Notes under the pieces: generated by a model | Told to the model about the DNA's origin: nothing | Seen by the model: the letters and a program-made list of their open reading frames with translations, nothing else | The model's database searches: none | Shown here: positions 1 to 13,734 of the stretch, piece by piece | Layout of the letters: each line of letters begins with the position of its first letter | How positions within the stretch are numbered: the first letter of the stretch is position 1 | Assembly (NCBI GenBank): GCA_964270895.1 | Contig: OZ185452.1 | DNA length: 64,000 nucleotides | Direction: 5' to 3' (one strand) | Source: Podarcis filfolensis | Lineage: Eukaryota | Translations under genes and position numbers: made by a program

Positions 1-1186
1 GAATAGTGCAGGAAAAAGTTTCCTTCTAAATGCCAATTTAAAAGCGCACAGTCTCCAGCACAGTTTTCAGTAGCCTGAGTGGCTTTCCAGTGTTATAGCT
101 GCCGCACAGAATAGCCACCGTGGGGAAGCTTGCCAAGCACATGGTGCAACTGAAGCATCAGTCCCAAGCAGAAGCTCTTGTAAACCCTGCTACCTGACCT
201 CTCCCAAGCACAAGGTGAGGTCACAATATTGATAGCACACACATCTTTAAAAGCTGTCGGATAAAGGCAGTAACTGACAAAACACGCCAATCTGACCCAC
301 AGCATGGTATTCATCTCAGATGCATTCAGCTTGCTGTACAAATTTTTATTAGTATTAAGATGGAGGTCCAAATATTCCCAGAGAGACACTCTATACTATG
401 TGCAGCAATTGCATGGCAAGTTATTTGGAAACACTCGTTCAGTTTCAGAATGGAAAGGCAGAACTTTGAGCACAAGACATTTCATTGTAACTGACAATTA
501 CACAAAGACACATCATGGACAATAGACAAGTACATTTCCTGGAAAAATGGACAACATTTGCAATGTTCTGGAGCAAATTATAATATATGGTTATATGTCT
601 TTTACTCTTTGTTGTAATGTGTGTGGGTTGTTATTTTTTTAAGTTTAACTGGGGTGGCTAAACTTTTTTCAGCCCAAGGCCAGAAGTGGGTGTGACCACA
701 AACACACACAGCTCCCACGCCACAGCTGATCCATCACTCTGGTGACCAAGAAGTAGGCAATTTATATCCCTATCAGGGCTCTGCCCACCTCTGCACTGGG
801 TCTTCCTTAATTTCCTTGATCTTTTTGCTGCTGCCTTGAGGGGGATGAAACAGGACTCTGGGCTAGGGGTTAGCATGAATATTGTGGATTAACATATTTG
901 CATTTTCTCCTTCAATTGAATGAAGTGGCAATTTGAATTTGCCACAGGTGCACTATTTCTTACAGTCAACATGTAAAATGAACAATAGGTGTGGCCCACA
1001 GGGATGCAGCACAGCTGAGTGGTACAGCACATGCCGTCCCTGCAAAAGGTCCTGGTTCCATCTGTGATATCTCCAGTTAAAAGACTTCTGTAGCAAATGA
1101 CAGGCAGTGATCCATTCACCCTAAGGGACCAGCCTCAACTGGACAGAATCTAGTTTTCTGGGGGCTCATCAGCCTGTGCACACATA

Positions 1187-1528
1187 AAGGTAAAGGGATC
1201 CCTGACCATTAGGTCCAGTCGTGGCCGACTCTGGGGTTGCGGCACTCATCTCGCTTTACTGGCCAAGGGAGCCGGCATACAGCCCCCTCAAGGCATGACT
1301 AAGCCGCTTCTGGCGAACCAAAGCAGCGCACGGAAACACCGTTTACCTTCCCGCTGGAGCGGTACTTATTTATCTACTTGCACTTTGAAGTGCTTTTGAA
1401 CTGCTAGGTTGGCAGGAGCAGGGACCGAAAAACGGGAGCTCACCCCGTCGTGGGGATTCGAACCGCCGACCTTCTGATCAGCAAGCCCTAGGCTCTGTGG
1501 TTTAACCCACAGTGCCACCCGCGTCCCA
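1187..1528 (-). mobile_element. Sauria SINE, full length
   Basis: GGGACGCGGGTGGCACTGTGGGTTAAACC head and ACCTTT tail on the minus strand. TSD TGTGCACACATA at 1175-1186 and 1529-1540. Confidence 0.92.
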
Positions 1529-1984
1529 TGTGCACACATACACTGGAATTTTAATATACGATTCTGTCATTCATGATCCACGCATTTGCTGAAGGAAACA
1601 TCAATTTGAGGCAAGCATGACTGGCACATAAAATGTGAAGACACCAAGCGGTGTTTCCTCCGCATTCTCATCAACACTTTATCCACTGGCTCGCATTCAT
1701 TGTCACATACCAGGCAGGAACAGGATCTCATCTTTCAAACCAGAAGAAGTGGAGGCTGGGGGACAGCCATTCCACCAATGGGGAAGATGGGGAGCAGAGT
1801 TCACTCCCTCAGCTCTGCTATGACAGGCCACCTCCATCAGGCCTCCCCTCCCTCAAGTTTCACTTGGGAACAAGCCATTCCATCAAACTGCCTCAGCAGG
1901 CAAGTTGGGAAGTAGGGCTAATGCCATCAGATTCGCTGAAAGCCCGGCTCCATCGGGCACTTCCTGGCCCTGCAAGCTGGTCAT

Positions 1985-2205
1985 TATAAGAACAACCATT
2001 TAAGTAACAGTGCCTGAGTCTGATCTCTCCCCATCCCGTTCTTCCTCCCTGTCCTTTTTTCCTTGTGTGTCATGCTTTTCCAGATTGTAAACCTTGCAGG
2101 GGCAGGGACTGCCTTGTTTTAATTGTTAAGTCACTCTGGGAGTCTTTTTTGGCTAAGGAGTAGGGCACATGTGTTCTAAATAAACAAATGAATAAATAAG
2201 TAAGG
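1985..2205 (+). mobile_element. L2 3' end
   Basis: agattgtaaacc...gggcagggact...aataaa tail. Similar ends occur at about 13900-14050, 55865-56120 and 63700-63800. Confidence 0.55.
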
Positions 2206-2230
2206 AGTAGACTGCAGACGGCATCTCTTA

Positions 2231-2485
<255 letters not shown>

Positions 2486-2881
2486 TTAACTAGATTGATC
2501 TGTTCTGGAGGGTAGAGCAGGGAGAGTTGGGATTTTGATTTTGTATAAATTTTTTGAAATTGTTATATATTGGAAAAACTATATATATTTTTTAAAAAAG
2601 TGTGGAGTGGGAAGGCTTCTATTAGGGGCATTCTGCAACCAAGCGGATAAAAATTGGCCCATCGATGTATTGCCCAGACTCTTCAGTAATGGGGATAGCA
2701 GGGGTTTTCTTAGCCTCTATCCTTAGTTTATGTGCAGAAGCTGGGGATAGACATAAGTAAGTGCAGGTAAGGAATATGAACAAAAAGAAATTGTACCAAG
2801 GTAATCCTTTAAAAAACATATCAAGTGAAGTTTAATTCTGTGATCTGTATAGATGCTATATGCATACAATTCCTTAATTCT

Positions 2882-3422
2882 CTGTACTTTTCCGTCTATA
2901 AGACACCCCCCTTTTGGGGGGGGGACTCAAATTTAAGAATATGGGGGGGGGGAGATGGCTCAGAGTTGTTGAGCTTTTTTGAGGAGGATTACCCAGAGTT
3001 TTACAGCTTGGGGGGGAATTGCAAAAAATCACTCACACACAGCATCAACGGCTGACAATCACCAGCAGCTGACAACCGCCCACTTGCCACAGCGACAGCT
3101 AATGGCAAATAGACCCTTCCCCAGCATTAACAATTCTTACCCCGCTGAGAATAGCCGTCCGCTGGCAATCGCGTGCGTCCCAGAACAGCCGCCGCCAATC
3201 ACGGCAGCGACAGCCAATCAACAGCAGTGTTTGCTGCAGAAGCCAATCACCAACCCAATTAGAGAAGCAGCAGCCAATCCAAAGCATCCCTTCTAGCAGC
3301 TCCTGCTTATAGCTGCAGCCAATCACCCGGCCACCCCATTCACTATCCATGTATAAGAAGAGGCAAGTTTCTGAACATAATTTTAGAGTAAAAAACCTTG
3401 TCTTATACACGGAAAAGTACAG
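2882..3422. mobile_element. Tc2/pogo-like MITE with internal CCAAT array
   Basis: TIRs CTGTACTTTTCCGTCTATAAGAC and GTCTTATACACGGAAAAGTACAG; TA present on the right flank only. Confidence 0.8.
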
Positions 3423-3948
3423 TATATAATTTATTTATTGGGCTTCCATCAGTCATAGATATAAACCATGCAGGGACTCCTGTCTACTGATAGTACCACT
3501 CATGTGCCCCTGCTACCACCTTTGCTGCCGAGATTTCACTAAGTATTGCCCACGTAACCCTTTGAGGCCCTACTCCAGGTGTGCCTGTCTTTCAAAGCCA
3601 AGAAGGCAGCAACCTGGGACAGGGCCTTTTTTACAGCAGCACCGTGTGGGCCTGTGGAATTCCTTCTGCCCAATTCTTGTTTCTTCTTCTATTTTTTACA
3701 GGTAGACACACGGGCCTCCCTACAATAAAAGTGCAGCAAAGTATGAACAAATTAAGGACTACAGTAAAAATGAACACTTCATAGAATAAAATGAGATGCA
3801 ATGCTAAAATAACTTCAAGTAAAAAAAATAATCAAGGGCAAAAATAAGGAAGTGAAGAAGAAAATCCTGTTTTGAGCTCTGAGGTTTAAGGGCCACAGAA
3901 ACGAAAAGACTTAAAAGATATGGGAAAATAAAGAAGCATTTGGTGCAA

Positions 3949-3956
3949 TCTGTCTA

Positions 3957-4043
<87 letters not shown>

Positions 4044-4046
4044 GAA
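3949..4046. repeat. Compound (TCTG)n(TCTA)n microsatellite
   Basis: Read directly from the sequence. Confidence 0.97.
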
Positions 4047-4871
4047 TTGGACTCCCAGAAATAGACTGGGAGAGTCAGTGAAGCTGATAAAATGCTGGCA
4101 TCATAGGTTCAGAGGGGCCTATCCAATTTAGCAGTTTCATAGCCATATTCTGCACTAAACTGACGTTTCTGGTCAGTTCTCAAAAGAAGCCCTACACATA
4201 ACACAGTAATTCCAAAAGGAATGTTTTCAGGTATCAATACATTTTTTATTTTTTTTTACTTTCCCAGGCACTTGTGATACTTCAGTTTTATTTTGGTCTG
4301 TTCTAATACCCCTCTTGATTGTCATTACATTGTTGTAGGTTGGGACATTTTTCCTTCCCTTTACTGGACTGTGTTTTTTGTTTGCTTTCCTTTTTGGAAC
4401 CTCACTGTGGAATTTTTCCAAGTTGAAAGGTAAGGTATATTTTTGTTTTAACCGATAAAACAAATAAGCCCCTCTTAAGCCATAAGGTATATATTTTGCT
4501 GGGGGTGAGTGGGTGGGGTTGTTTAAAAATTGAAGTTCTACAGAGAGTAAGTTGTGTGTTTTGCTTTGAGATTCTGGTGTACTGAATGTTTTTATTTTAT
4601 TTCTGGTCTACTGACTGTAATAAATAATAATAAATGATAAAATATAATGATAATGATGCCATCTATCTGACTGGGTTGCCCTAGCCACCCTGGGTGGTTT
4701 CCATCAAATTAATGGTGAACAAAGTATGCTGTGTGCCCACACCAATGGCAGCACACACATGGTCCTGAAACCTCTCTCCTGACTTAGCGCACAACTAATT
4801 TATAAAAAAAATCTTGTATACAGCAATTCCATTAAAAATATCAAACTGTTTGCTACAAATGTTTTATCTCA

Positions 4872-5010
4872 ATTATTTGCTTAAGCCTGGCAGCATAGAG
4901 ATGTTTTCAGCAAACCTTTAAAGGTTAAAATGCATGGCGCCTGATGAATCCCTATTGGAAAAACATTCCATAGGACTGGGCTGATGACCCTAAAAGTTTG
5001 GCAAAAATCC
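4872..5010 (-). mobile_element. L2 ORF2 C-terminal remnant
   Basis: Encodes FRVISPVLWNVFP...QAP..LTFKGLLKT, resembling the L2 FSVAAPxLWNSLP..FxKxLKT. Confidence 0.6.
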
Positions 5011-5683
5011 TGTTTATATGCCTGCTTATATTTGGTTTTTTCCTGATCATAGTCAGGATTGAGAGAGCTTTGCAATAATTAGCTAACCAAGCAACCCACA
5101 AATTTTGCAGCCGGACAATCTGCACAATGCAACAAGCAAACCTAAACCATACAAAGGAAGTAAATTAGCATATTTGGTATAATTTACAAAGCATGGGGAG
5201 GAGGCAAGTGGCTCTGCAGCTTCCCCAAAGCTCCAGCCATCATAACTGCTACAAGTCTTTTTAAGACACTTCTCCAGCTTCTAAGAATTTACCAAGCACT
5301 GGATATTGATTGCACAGAAAGTAAGCAGAGTTACTCAAGATGTTAAGTTCTACAACTGGCATCAAAGTACATGTGCCCACAGTGTGAGTGCAGAAGCCAT
5401 TTTGCCCCCAATTATAATTTCCATGGTTCAGAACTCACTTTGTTTGCTCTGGGTACAAAATGACTAGCTTTATTTCCCCGTCTTAGTCTCCACACCCCCA
5501 GGAACACCAGAAATGCCACAGTATAATCATAGATAGCCACTTGAGAGCTCATGGGCTGAATCTGACTCCTGGAAACCCTACTGAATTGAAGTGTGGAAGA
5601 AATAGGCTGCCTGTTTCATTTGGTGCTGAGAATCTGTACAAGGTATCAGAGAGGTTGAAGATATATGCGGCCATGTTACTCAC

Positions 5684-5775
5684 CTAACTCTATGCATGTG
5701 ATTCCAAGAGACCAAACATCTACCTTTCCATCATACTGTCCTTCATCCATAGCTAGGATTACTTCAGGGGCCATC
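5684..5775 (-). CDS. TAOK3: TAOK3 coding exon 7 ([31 protein letters not shown])
   Basis: 92 nt, bounded by ggtag and GTGAGT; APE motif and alphaF. Confidence 0.97.
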
Positions 5776-6564
5776 CTACCATGCAGGGATACAAAGAGAG
5801 CAGATTACGCAACACAAAAGCAAAAAAACACACCACAAGGGGGGTGGGGTACAATTTCCCCCCACACCCTCCAAGTTATCATCACCAGCACAGCAGCCCC
5901 GGAACTTAAAATAATCAGCATGGAGCAAAACTAAGCCATGCTGGGGGGGAAATAACACTAGCCTGCTTAGGAAAATAAAAAAAACTTCCTCCAGAGGTGA
6001 TGGTAAGGGAGTATGAGAAGAGCAAAACAAAGGAGAAAGAAAAAGGACAACCTAATGAGTCTGCAACATGCTGGCAGATGGGCGACCCACACCAACCTCA
6101 GTGGCATTGTACCTGGAGTCAGCCAGCAGGGGCTGAAAGGGTCCTAAGGCATCAATTTCAGTCTCACCAGAGACGGTGAGTTTTCCCATTGATACACCAA
6201 CAGTGTTTTCCTGGAGATGCTCAGCCTGGGAGTGCAGCTATGAAAGAAACAAGGGGATCTGGAGCACAGTGGGGAAAGGCGGGGTCTAAGATAAAAAAAG
6301 GGGGGTAACAAGGCAAGACAGCAGGGAAATCCACACTAGGGACACAACTAAACTGCTGGCTTTGGAGAGGGAATACATACATACACACATACACATACAC
6401 ATAGAATGCACACATAGAGCTCCTGCAATCTATGTGCCCCGCAACCCAAACACAGCTTCATGGAGTTGCATAATATTTATCTATGCAAGAGGTATCCTTG
6501 GTTAGATTCTAGTTTTGCAGACAATTAACAAAGCAAGAGATGGAGAGCAGAAAGTCACCTGGAC

Positions 6565-6960
6565 CAGGGCCGGATTTAGGTTTGATGAGGCCCTAAGCTA
6601 CTGAAGGTAATGGGGCCCTTTATATGTCCAGCTGTCCTTTGTCAACAACAAATTGTCGCTGTTTTTTGTGTTGAATATATGCTATATGGTAATTTATGGA
6701 CCTAATAGGTATCTAAAGCCTTTTGCACATAACAAAATACATATTTTATCAAAGTAATTGTTGTGCTGAAATACAATTAAGAAGAAGTATATTAATAGTG
6801 AAATGTAATTAAGAAGATGTATATTAATAGTGGAATAATTATTAAGCTCTAACTTCAAAATCCATATCCAGTTTTTTTCCCCTTTAAATTTTTTTGGGGC
6901 CTCCAAGAGAGTAGGGCCCTAAGCTATAGATTGTTTAGCTTATACGTAAATCCGGCACTG
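6565..6960. mobile_element. Non-autonomous hAT element
   Basis: TIRs CAGGGCCGGATTTA and TAAATCCGGCACTG; perfect 8-bp TSD ACCTGGAC. Confidence 0.9.
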
Positions 6961-8471
6961 ACCTGGACACATTCCAAGGGACAAGGAAACCCCAACTCTA
7001 ACGGTCCCCAGCCAAGTGGAGGTGCTCATGTAACTGAGAGTTGCCTCATTTGCATGTCACCTGAAACCACTGTTGGGCTTAACTATGATTTAAAAGATGA
7101 ATGTGTGGCATGCAGGTGGAGGAGAAAATTGCAGCTGCTTTTGCTCCACCCTTGTTCCTATGCTATCAGGAGGTAAGCTATGGTTTGGCTTAGTGTTACA
7201 TCTGTGCCTGGGTTCATGGTTCGTCTCTCCCCAAACAAACCAGGATCTGTAAACCAGTAAGAAACTTTGCTTACAGCTCATGGTTTGCTTGTGGCTCTCC
7301 AAACCATGAGTCTGGATTCAGGCATAACACAAAGCCAAAACACGGCTTAATTATTGGTAGCACAGGAGCAGAGAAGGAGCAAAGTGGACATGGTTTTCTC
7401 CCCATGCACCAGCATACTGGGATTTCACCTTTAAAGCATAGTTAAGTTTAGCTGTGGTTTCAAGTGATACATGAACTGGGTCAGGGCAGAGGATAAGAAC
7501 TGAGCTGCAAAATCAGGAATTCCCCTGTGTAAACTTCGCTTCTACCATGAAGTCACTAGGGCTTTAGGCAAGCCACTCTTAGCCTCTTTTAGCATCTACA
7601 CTTTGGCAATGAAGATACTGGACCAGCTGGCAGCATATGGAGCATTTTGAACATACTAATAGTTATTATACTTTTAACCCCTTATTTCCTCTTCCAGGCA
7701 TCCAAAACAGTTTTGATATCCTGCAAACATTCAAAATGCAGAGAGAGCCTGTTTCAGAAGATTCAGGCCAGAAAAGCCTACCACCCAAAACAGAGATAGG
7801 GACACCATGGCCCTCCAGATGTTGTTAGACTGTTGCTCACATCATCTAACTGCTGGCAGATCCCCAGTGTCTGATTTTGCTCTGGCAGGATTGAGTCCCA
7901 TCACTCTGGTGCTACAGCCAAAAGGCCTTGCTCTCAACTCACAGAAGCTGCCTCATGGGCAGATGGAGCCTGGAGCAGCAGAGCCTTTCCCACACAGAGG
8001 AAACCCTACAAAGAAAGGCAAGGCTGTGGTTCCAGGTTAGAGATTTAGCTGCCACTAAGAGCAGAAGAGTGGGTACAGGCAAAGGGCAAGTGGAAGGCAC
8101 CATCTATTGGAAGGTCAAAGCTGGTAGATGTGAACCGGCAGCACTGTAAGCAATGAAGTTTGTGCTGGAGAAATTTCTGGGTGATTTCCCCATAAGGGAT
8201 GAGATAAGGGAGATCATAAAGGTACCGATTTTGCTATTGTGGGGGAAGTGGCTTCAATAGTCTTGGAGACGCCTGTAAGAGCCAGTGACAACTGCGTGAG
8301 TGTTATTCCCCCTGTGCTCACTGTTTGAAACAGTTGCTGTGCTTTCCCCTGAAAATGCATTTCCCCAGCAACTCAAAATTGAGTAGCACATTGTATGGTA
8401 TAGGGGTTTTTTTTGGGGGGCGGGAGAGAAAGGTTTATCTAAAAGGTTAGAATTGTAGTTACAAACTGGAT

Positions 8472-8473
<2 letters not shown>

Positions 8474-8515
<42 letters not shown>
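8474..8515. repeat. (GT)21 microsatellite
   Basis: Read directly from the sequence. Confidence 0.97.
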
Positions 8516-8518
<3 letters not shown>

Positions 8519-8585
8519 CTGTCTCACACACATATAAAGCATCCCACGAAAGACTAAACAGAAAGTTGCACTCCAGTTTCACTTA

Positions 8586-8735
<150 letters not shown>

Positions 8736-9300
8736 TCAAAGGGAGTTTCTGTTTACTACGAAATAAACACCCTGCAGCTCAGAGGTCTGTTTTCAGTGCT
8801 TCTCATCCAGCCCCCAAACCAAGGATACTCTTCCTTTATTGAAGCTTTGGTGTCAAGGTGAGATACAGGCAACAGACAAACCCAAATAACTGGCAGAGCT
8901 GCAGCCAAGTTTTCTTCTTAAGCAGTTCATCGTAGGCTGTCTGGACACAGGCAAACAGAGTGAGCTGCATGAGAGGAAAACGCTTTGGTTCTATGAGAAC
9001 AGATGGATTACCACATCCTCTAGCATGGAAGAGTTTGGGCTGAAATTAGTTTGATAGGTGACAGAACAATAGCCTTTGTACAAGATGGTGGGAAACTAGA
9101 GCAAGGCTCAGGAAATCTACTATAGTACTGCTGGAAATTTAAAGAGGAAATCAAAATCGGGCACTGTTGGATGGGGCATCTCTACTAATCTATGGGTTCA
9201 ATTCTGTTCGTATTGACAATTTATGTATTACATGTATAGTGCAAGGCCCCTGCAAACATCAGTCAGCAAGATGCCATCAGCTCACAACGAAATCAGGCTA

Positions 9301-9433
9301 CAAGTAGTACCAATGTGTTGCCCTTCAGATGTTGCTGGACTCCCATAAGCTCTGATCTTTGGACACTCTTGACGGGAATGATAGGAAGCTGGAATCTAAC
9401 AACATCTGAAGGGTACCATGTTGGCTACCTCTG
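9301..9433. mobile_element. URR1-like MITE, diverged
   Basis: gcccttcagatgttgctggac and aacaacatctgaaggg form inverted arms. Confidence 0.6.
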
Positions 9434-9641
9434 ATTTAGTGGACACAATCCTCAATATGATATTAAAATCACTTTTTTTGTTTTGATTCTATAAATTCTG
9501 GAACAAATCACCTTGTTGATTCAGGTTTTCTCAACCTACATAAAATAATACATGTCTCTATATATCCAGCAAAAATAATTAAATCTGTGAGTCACATTTC
9601 CTTTTGCATAATAACTTTGTAGTCTGCTAACTATACCATTA

Positions 9642-9683
<42 letters not shown>
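9642..9683. repeat. (TAT)n microsatellite
   Basis: Read directly from the sequence. Confidence 0.95.
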
Positions 9684-9685
<2 letters not shown>

Positions 9686-10696
9686 CCCACAATATTATAA
9701 TCCCCCTTTTTAAAAAAAGAAATTATACCCTGCCCTTCAGTTTCACAACTCTCAGAAAGTTTACAATGAGCAAATGAGAACCAGAAAAAATGAAAATACA
9801 TCGCTAGCAAAAAACACATCTAAAGCACTATTTTACTGAATTTATGTTGTTCTGCTCCATTGTAAGAAGTTCTATGTGCTTTATTATTATAATGGTTTTA
9901 ACTGGGTGTGGGGGTTTTTGGAAATCACATATTCTGCACTGGGACCTTATGGTGGAGGGCAGGAAAAAATACTATAAAAAATAATGTAATACATTGTGAA
10001 GGGCCCTGTTAAATCAGGACTTTGCAATGTGCAAGAATGATATGAAGCCCAGTCCCAGGGAAAACATTCATAAGTAGAGCACTACAAACTAGGCAGCCCT
10101 CTTCCTGGTGCCAAATACTTAACAACTGAAGGGGGGGGTCCACCAAGGAAAGGGCCTTGGAAGACGACTTTAACTTTGAGCAGATTTGCGTAGGAGCAAG
10201 TGGCCCTTTAGATATCTATGTCCCAAGCCGTATAGGGCTTTAAACCTTGGAGGTGAATCCGCGGCCAATGAAAGTTACTAAGGAATTGCCAAGATGCACT
10301 CCCAATTCAGCTGGCCCCAGTCATCAGCCGTATTTTGGACCAACTGGAGTAGCTTTCAAAGCTGTATAAAGCGAAGTGGTAGCCTGCTCTGGATGTTACC
10401 AGTGATCAAACAACAGCAGCTGCCTTTCTTTGGCCAGGAGGGGTCACCGCTGGCACATCAACCTCAGCTTATGAAAGGTGCTTCATGCTACAGATACCTC
10501 TTGGGTATCCAAAGACAAAACCTGTATCTATACCTGCTCCCAGATAGTGAGTACAATCCTTTGTTAGGGAAGGAGGCAAACAAACCCATTTGAAGCAGTC
10601 TGAATACCACTTCCCCCAGTCAGATGAATCAGAAGAAAAGTCAGAAGAAAAGCAGTGATACATAAAATAAAATAAAAAAAGAATTGCATGCTTTTA

Positions 10697-10942
<246 letters not shown>

Positions 10943-11888
10943 TCAAAGCAGAAGCAATTGAGAAACAGACTTCTCGTATCCCCCTGCCATTGTCTTCCTG
11001 CTTACAATCATCTCTCCTCTGATTCTACCAGCCTCAGTTGCCCAAACTGTTTCTGAAACAAGTCCACCCATTCTCTCTGATGCTCCTTATGCCTGGAACT
11101 CCCTCCTAGAACACCAATGTTGTGCCATATCTCTTCCATCAAGCTTTTTCCTCGAAACCAACCCAGGTGTAGAAATGAAATGCACTTTGCTTCACTCTCC
11201 CTTCACATGTTTCCCTCATCATATTTTGTACACCTTTACATATTTATCTCCACTGCAAGAAAGAAAGAGATCTGGGCAGAAAACCAGAGAGATTTTCTCC
11301 GTACAATTTTCTTGCAACTGTAGTTACTTGTGAAATTTAAATGTGCAAGCACACCTACCTAGGATAGTGATTCCTGGGCTAAATCTGGCCTACTGAATGG
11401 TGCTATTTGGCTTCCTGGCTGCCAGTCTAAGAGACAAAGTATGCCTATGGATGTGCAGGATATGTGGCAATGGAATTGGGAAGAAGGCCACAGGAAGGAG
11501 GGAGAACAGGGCCTGTAATCCTTCCTCCTCTCCATACCTGGTGCCCAGGCTCACCTCTCTCCAATTTCGTATTTGCCTTCCACCACAGTAAATTCCTAAC
11601 CAAGAACCAAGGAAATGAGAATACAAGTGATGGATTGACATATTTGGCTTACTTTAACCCAACTGCATGCAGACCCAGGATTGTGAACCTAATATTGGAA
11701 TACTGAAAAGCAACAGCCAGTCAGATGTGATGCATCACACGTGATAGATACCACTCATATATTAAACAGGAAAGAATTAGACTGAACTGTGAATCACCTA
11801 CAAAATGCTCTGTAGGGAAGGTAACTGCCACCACTAAAAGCAAAGCTATGCTGTCAAAGAAGCATGGTAGGAATATTTCAAGGCTTAC

Positions 11889-11934
11889 CTTCCAACAAAT
11901 CTGAAGCAGATCCTAAGCAGTACTCCATTACTAA
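11889..11934 (-). CDS. TAOK3: TAOK3 coding exon 4 (LVMEYCLGSASDLLE)
   Basis: 46 nt, bounded by ttgcag and GTAAG; hinge region. Confidence 0.96.
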
Positions 11935-12952
11935 CTGCAAGAAGCAGAAATAAATGCAGCCATTAAAATAGAGAAGGAATGATAATTCACCAAGCAATAT
12001 AAGAGTGTAGTGTAAGGGGTGTATCTACACTGAGGACTGTGAAGCCTGGGAAATGTTTTGTGCAAGGTGATGTTTTTCATATGAAGTCTCAGCACGACAA
12101 TTTCCTCAAGCTACAATTCCCAGGATTGTTTGGGCGAAAGCCATGACAGCTAAAACGGTTTACAACAACTTTAAGTTTGCAATGTATTATGCCAAGAGTT
12201 TGCAGTGCCCCAGAAAACTGAGAGTTCCAGTTTTAGCAAGATTGAGAGCTGCTCCAAGATATACATGTTAATTTTGGTATGCAATGGCTACAGTAGCCAA
12301 CTCTCACCCCATCCCCGATCCCATGTACAGTATCAGGCTTCAAGCAGGTGAAGTGAACAGAACATGACAATTTATTTACCATTATTGGGGATTATGGGGT
12401 CAACACACAGTGGGACCAAGGCCGGAATTAGGAATTGATCATAGTGTTAGCAGAAAGCATATGAGTATTGTACTATGAGACTGCACAAGAATGCTCCATA
12501 TTTGAGCATTCCCCCCCCCAAAAAAGCTTCAGTTTTGCCTTCTCCCCATGTTGTATTTCTATGTGCTGAAATATTTCCATCCACATAGAACATTTGAATG
12601 TGCACCACCTCACCTGTAGCCTAAAGTGGTACTGACAGGTCAGAAAAACTTTCCCATGTGACTTGAGGGCCGTTTAACCTGGCCCCGAGAGAACGAAATC
12701 CCTCCATAGGCAATTCACAACAGCTGGGTATTTTTTGCTATATGTAAACATATAGGAGGGGGACATCAGTCTGGATGATGCCGTAAGTCCATTCCAGTTT
12801 TTGGGATCCTGCATCCAGTGAGGGTTAGAATCTAGTGGAATAGGTTGCTGAACTGGTCAGCAAAGTTTCTTTGTAAGACAATTACTTTAACTAGCACCTT
12901 AAGTACCCTGATCAGCATCAAAAAGATTGAGCTAGGTTGTAACAGCTATAGT

Positions 12953-13257
12953 TGTGATGGAGTGATGGTGAACAACAGGCCAAACTGGGGCTAGGCTAGA
13001 GTGGCCTGGAAGCTGGGGAAGAGAGACATAGAATCACAGAAGCTGTGACTAATGGAGAAGTGAGATCTTTTGGTGGTGTTAATGCTGTGAGGGCCCCCCT
13101 CCCCATGCTCAGGTTGTACGTATGTGTATAAAAAAAAGCCATATATCCTAAAGACATCACAGACTATGCTGCCTTTCTTTCAAGGAAACTGAACCCTGAT
13201 TAAGCATTGGATCCACGGGAGTATCTCTCCGCTCAGACATTGGGGTGGTGTGTAACA
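12953..13257 (+). mobile_element. Candidate solo LTR
   Basis: TGT...ACA termini, flanks ATAGT/ATAGC (4/5 match), and a degenerate poly(A)-signal region at about 13127. Confidence 0.4.
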
Positions 13258-13632
13258 ATAGCTTGCATATGCTATGATGATACAAAGCATTAAGGGCAGG
13301 CAAGCCTTCCTAAGCATTCTGGAGGTCCTTGGAGTATCCATGAGGCTGGTCCTAGTTCTCTAATGAGCATCCATTGTATTTAGAAACACATGTCTGTCCT
13401 TAAGCAGCAGCACAAACAGTGCGCCAAGACAAGGCAACCCAGCTGCGGACCCCCAACGCCTGTAAACATTTTCAGTTTCCATGCAGTATAGCAATGTTAG
13501 GCTCAGGGCCTGACAGCCTTTAAAGAATAAGTGGCAGCGCGGGATGATTGAAACAATTCAGCATTGCATCCAGGGGAAAACAGCTTCTTCACAGCCCATA
13601 GGACGTGAAATCCAAGCAAAGCTTTCACTCAC

Positions 13633-13734
13633 CCAGGCAGTGTTTTCTTTCAAGTAACAACCCTTGTATTCTATGGTGTTGGGGTGCTTCAGCTGTCGTA
13701 GAAATCTGACTTCCTTGATAATATCCTGCCATTT
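13633..13734 (-). CDS. TAOK3: TAOK3 coding exon 3 ([34 protein letters not shown])
   Basis: 102 nt, bounded by aacag and GTGAGT; alphaC helix region. Confidence 0.97.
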
